From: Parasphingorhabdus sp.
Lineage (GTDB): Bacteria > Pseudomonadota > Alphaproteobacteria > Sphingomonadales > Sphingomonadaceae
Reading direction: 5' to 3'
Assembly: GCF_036964565.1 (NCBI RefSeq)
Contig: NZ_JBALTN010000011.1
Coordinates: forward strand, 54,889-118,888
DNA: 64,000 bases
Positions 61,517-64,000 of the stretch are shown here, in pieces. Below the pieces are notes generated by a model. It was not told the DNA's origin. It worked only from the letters and a program-made list of their open reading frames with translations, and ran no database searches. The position numbers were made by a program, and so were the translations under genes. Each line of letters begins with the position of its first letter. The first letter of the stretch is position 1.

Positions 61517-62560
61517 ATGACAGCACGACTCGCAATATTTGCGACCGCCTGCCTTGTCCTGTCCGCCTGCCAGGATCAGGCTTCCGGGGGCCAGGGTGGC
61601 ACCAGAAGCGAGATCCGTATCGTCGGTTCGTCAACCGTTTTCCCCTTTGCGAAAGCCGTGGCCGAACAGTTCAGCATCAACGGTTCCAATCCCTCTCCCA
61701 TTCTCGAGTCGACCGGCACCGGCGCCGGGATGAACCTGTTCTGCTCCGGTGTCGGTGCCGATACACCCGATATCGAGAATGCGTCGCGCCGGATAAAGGC
61801 TTCCGAACTGGAATTGTGCCAGAGCAATGGCGTCAACGATGTGGTCGAGGTGCAGATCGGCATCGATGGAATTGCCGTTGCCCAGGCCAATGAAGGGCCG
61901 TCCTATTCCCTGACCCCGGTGCAGATTTACCGGGCGATTGCTGAGCGGCCGTTCGGCAAGGAGAACAACGCCCGGAAATGGTCGGACATCGACGCCGCGC
62001 TGCCGGACCTTCCGATCAGCGTCTACGGCCCGCCATCCACATCGGGGACGCGCGATGCGCTCACCGAGCTGATCATGGAAGTCGGCTGTCTCACCGATCC
62101 GGCTATCAAGGTGCTGAAGGACAGCGACAAGGCCCTGTTTGACGCGGTGTGCCACGAAATCAGGGCCGACGGCGCCTATATCGACGCGGGCGAGAATGAC
62201 AATCTCATCGTCCAGAAGCTGAAGGCCAATCCCAACAGCGTCGGCATTTTCGGCTTCAGCTTTCTCGAGGAAAATCTCGACAGCGTGCGCGGCATCCCGG
62301 TTTCCGGGGTCGGCCCGACCTATGATGCGATCGCCTCGGGCGAATATCCCGGAGCGCGGCCCTTGTATATCTATGTCAAGAAGCAGCATGTCGGGGTCAT
62401 TCCAGGCCTGAAGGACTATCTGATGGAATTTCTCGATGGCGGGAAGCCGGAAGGCTATCTGGTCAAGGTCGGCCTGATCGCCTCTCCGGACGCGGTGCGG
62501 GAAAAGATGATCGGGGTGGTGAGCAACATGACCCCGCTTGCCGTCGGTGACCTCAAGTAA
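61517..62560 (+). CDS. pstS: Phosphate ABC transporter substrate-binding lipoprotein PstS
   Basis: 347 aa from ATG 61517, with a lipobox (VLSAC). It contains GSSTVFPF and STSGTRD, which are PstS-family motifs. Confidence 0.85.
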   Translation: MTARLAIFATACLVLSACQDQASGGQGGTRSEIRIVGSSTVFPFAKAVAEQFSINGSNPSPILESTGTGAGMNLFCSGVGADTPDIENASRRIKASELELCQSNGVNDVVEVQIGIDGIAVAQANEGPSYSLTPVQIYRAIAERPFGKENNARKWSDIDAALPDLPISVYGPPSTSGTRDALTELIMEVGCLTDPAIKVLKDSDKALFDAVCHEIRADGAYIDAGENDNLIVQKLKANPNSVGIFGFSFLEENLDSVRGIPVSGVGPTYDAIASGEYPGARPLYIYVKKQHVGVIPGLKDYLMEFLDGGKPEGYLVKVGLIASPDAVREKMIGVVSNMTPLAVGDLK

Positions 62561-62619
62561 TCGCGCCGTAACCGGCATTTTTTACAGATGATTTTGATAC
62601 AAGGGCGGAACCAGATATA

Positions 62620-64000
62620 GTGACAAGCGCGACGCTTCTTTTTCTCGTGATCGGCCTCGGCCTGGTGGCATGGTTTTTCGGTCGCCTGAAGGCTGCCGGA
62701 ATGCAGTCCGCCGGCAAGAAATCCCGTTCGGTGCTGCACAGCCTGCCGAATTATCATGGCTGGTATGTGGCGCTGTGGGCAATTATCCCGGCGATCATCT
62801 TCCTTACGTTCTGGAATGTCGTCAGCCCGGCGCTGATCACAGACGCTGCGCTGACCAGCCCGGCTGCCGCGGCCCTGCCGCAGGACGGCTTTGCCCGCGC
62901 GGCGATCCTGTCGGAGGCCCGCGCGATTGCCTATGGCAACCAGGTCAACGCGTTCAACCCGCTGTCCCAGTCGATGGTCGAACCCTATCGCGACGCGATT
63001 GCCTATTATCAGATGATCGGCGCGGTCGCCGCGCTGCTGCTGGTCTTCGCCTGCGGGGTGTATGCGTGGCTACAGATCAAACCTGACCTCAGGGCCCGGA
63101 CCAAGATCGAACGGGTCACGATGCTGCTGTTGCTGCTCGCCTCGCTGATCGCGATCATCACCACTGTCGGCATTTTCCTGTCGCTTGTCTTTGAATCCGT
63201 GCGCTTCTTTTCCATGGTGTCGCCGATCGATTTCCTCTTCGGTACCGAGTGGAATCCGAAAGCCGTCGCCGGGCCGAGGGGCGAAACCGGCTTTGGCGCC
63301 ATCCCGCTGTTCTGGGGTACGGTGTTTATCGGCGCGATCATCGCGATGATCGTCGCCATCCCGTTGGGTCTGATGAGCGCGATCTATCTCACCCAATATG
63401 CCCCGGCCAAGTTCCGCTCCTGGATGAAACCGATTCTGGAGGTGCTCGCCGGCGTACCGACGGTGGTTTACGGCTATTTTGCCGCGCTGACCGTGGCGCC
63501 GGCGCTGCGCGACTTTGCTGTCTCTATCGGCATCTCCAACGCATCGTCGGAATCCGCGCTGGCCGCCGGCGTGGTGATGGGGATCATGATCATCCCGTTC
63601 GTCTCGTCGATGGCCGATGACAGCATCGCCGCCGTGCCGAGCGCAATGCGCGACGGCTCGCTGGCGATGGGCGCGACCCACAGCGAAACGATCAAGAAAG
63701 TCCTGATCCCCGCGGCCCTGCCGGGCGTTGTCGGCGGCGTCCTGCTGGCTGTCAGCCGCGCGATCGGCGAGACGATGATCGTCGTCATGGCCGCCGGTCT
63801 CGCTGCAAACATGACCGCCAACCCCTTCTCCAGCGTGACGACCGTGACCACTCAGATCGTCCAGCTGCTGACCGGCGACCAGGAGTTCGACAGCCCCAAG
63901 ACGCTCGCTGCATTCGCCCTTGGCCTGGTGCTGTTCATCGTCACCCTGCTGCTCAATCTGATCGCCCTGCGCGTCGTCAAAAAATATCGGGAAGCATATG
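62620..64000 (+). CDS. pstC: Phosphate ABC transporter permease PstC (long form; the 3' end runs off the window)
   Basis: The frame is open from GTG 62620 to the window end, so it is absent from the ORF track. The translation contains EWNP, GAIPLFWGT and the EAA-type loop SRAIGETM. Confidence 0.85.
   Translation, partial: MTSATLLFLVIGLGLVAWFFGRLKAAGMQSAGKKSRSVLHSLPNYHGWYVALWAIIPAIIFLTFWNVVSPALITDAALTSPAAAALPQDGFARAAILSEARAIAYGNQVNAFNPLSQSMVEPYRDAIAYYQMIGAVAALLLVFACGVYAWLQIKPDLRARTKIERVTMLLLLLASLIAIITTVGIFLSLVFESVRFFSMVSPIDFLFGTEWNPKAVAGPRGETGFGAIPLFWGTVFIGAIIAMIVAIPLGLMSAIYLTQYAPAKFRSWMKPILEVLAGVPTVVYGYFAALTVAPALRDFAVSIGISNASSESALAAGVVMGIMIIPFVSSMADDSIAAVPSAMRDGSLAMGATHSETIKKVLIPAALPGVVGGVLLAVSRAIGETMIVVMAAGLAANMTANPFSSVTTVTTQIVQLLTGDQEFDSPKTLAAFALGLVLFIVTLLLNLIALRVVKKYREAY

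Overview
The window reads as high-GC alphaproteobacterial chromosome, probably Sphingomonadales. That placement is an inference from gene content and synteny: dusB-ntrBC-ntrYX-hfq-hflX, petABC, and a two-domain Hfq. Most of it is densely packed housekeeping genes: ispDF, lipA, lipB, glpDK, cytochrome bc1, hemF, queCE, argDF, katG, glmSU, ettA, putP and phoR-pstSC. I see five things that stand out.
1. A translationally coupled PqqD-like / HPr-kinase-like / nucleotidyltransferase operon at 57.1-59.3 kb sits beside a Tat-signal protein. It has no recognisable product or precursor.
2. A tract of about 1.2-1.5 kb at 26.9-28.5 kb is GC-rich and apparently non-coding, with an iterated GGAACAAGAA-type motif.
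3. A hairpin-terminated repeat of about 165-190 bp occurs in three copies, and two of them exactly bracket a DUF559 endonuclease gene.
4. A low-GC island of about 5 kb lies next to tRNA-Gly(UCC). It carries an integrase remnant and a PAS-kinase / receiver / LuxR module.
5. A coupled DUF2157-like / GDYXXLXY-like / GFA operon has no known function.
All family assignments come from motif recognition by eye. No database search was run.
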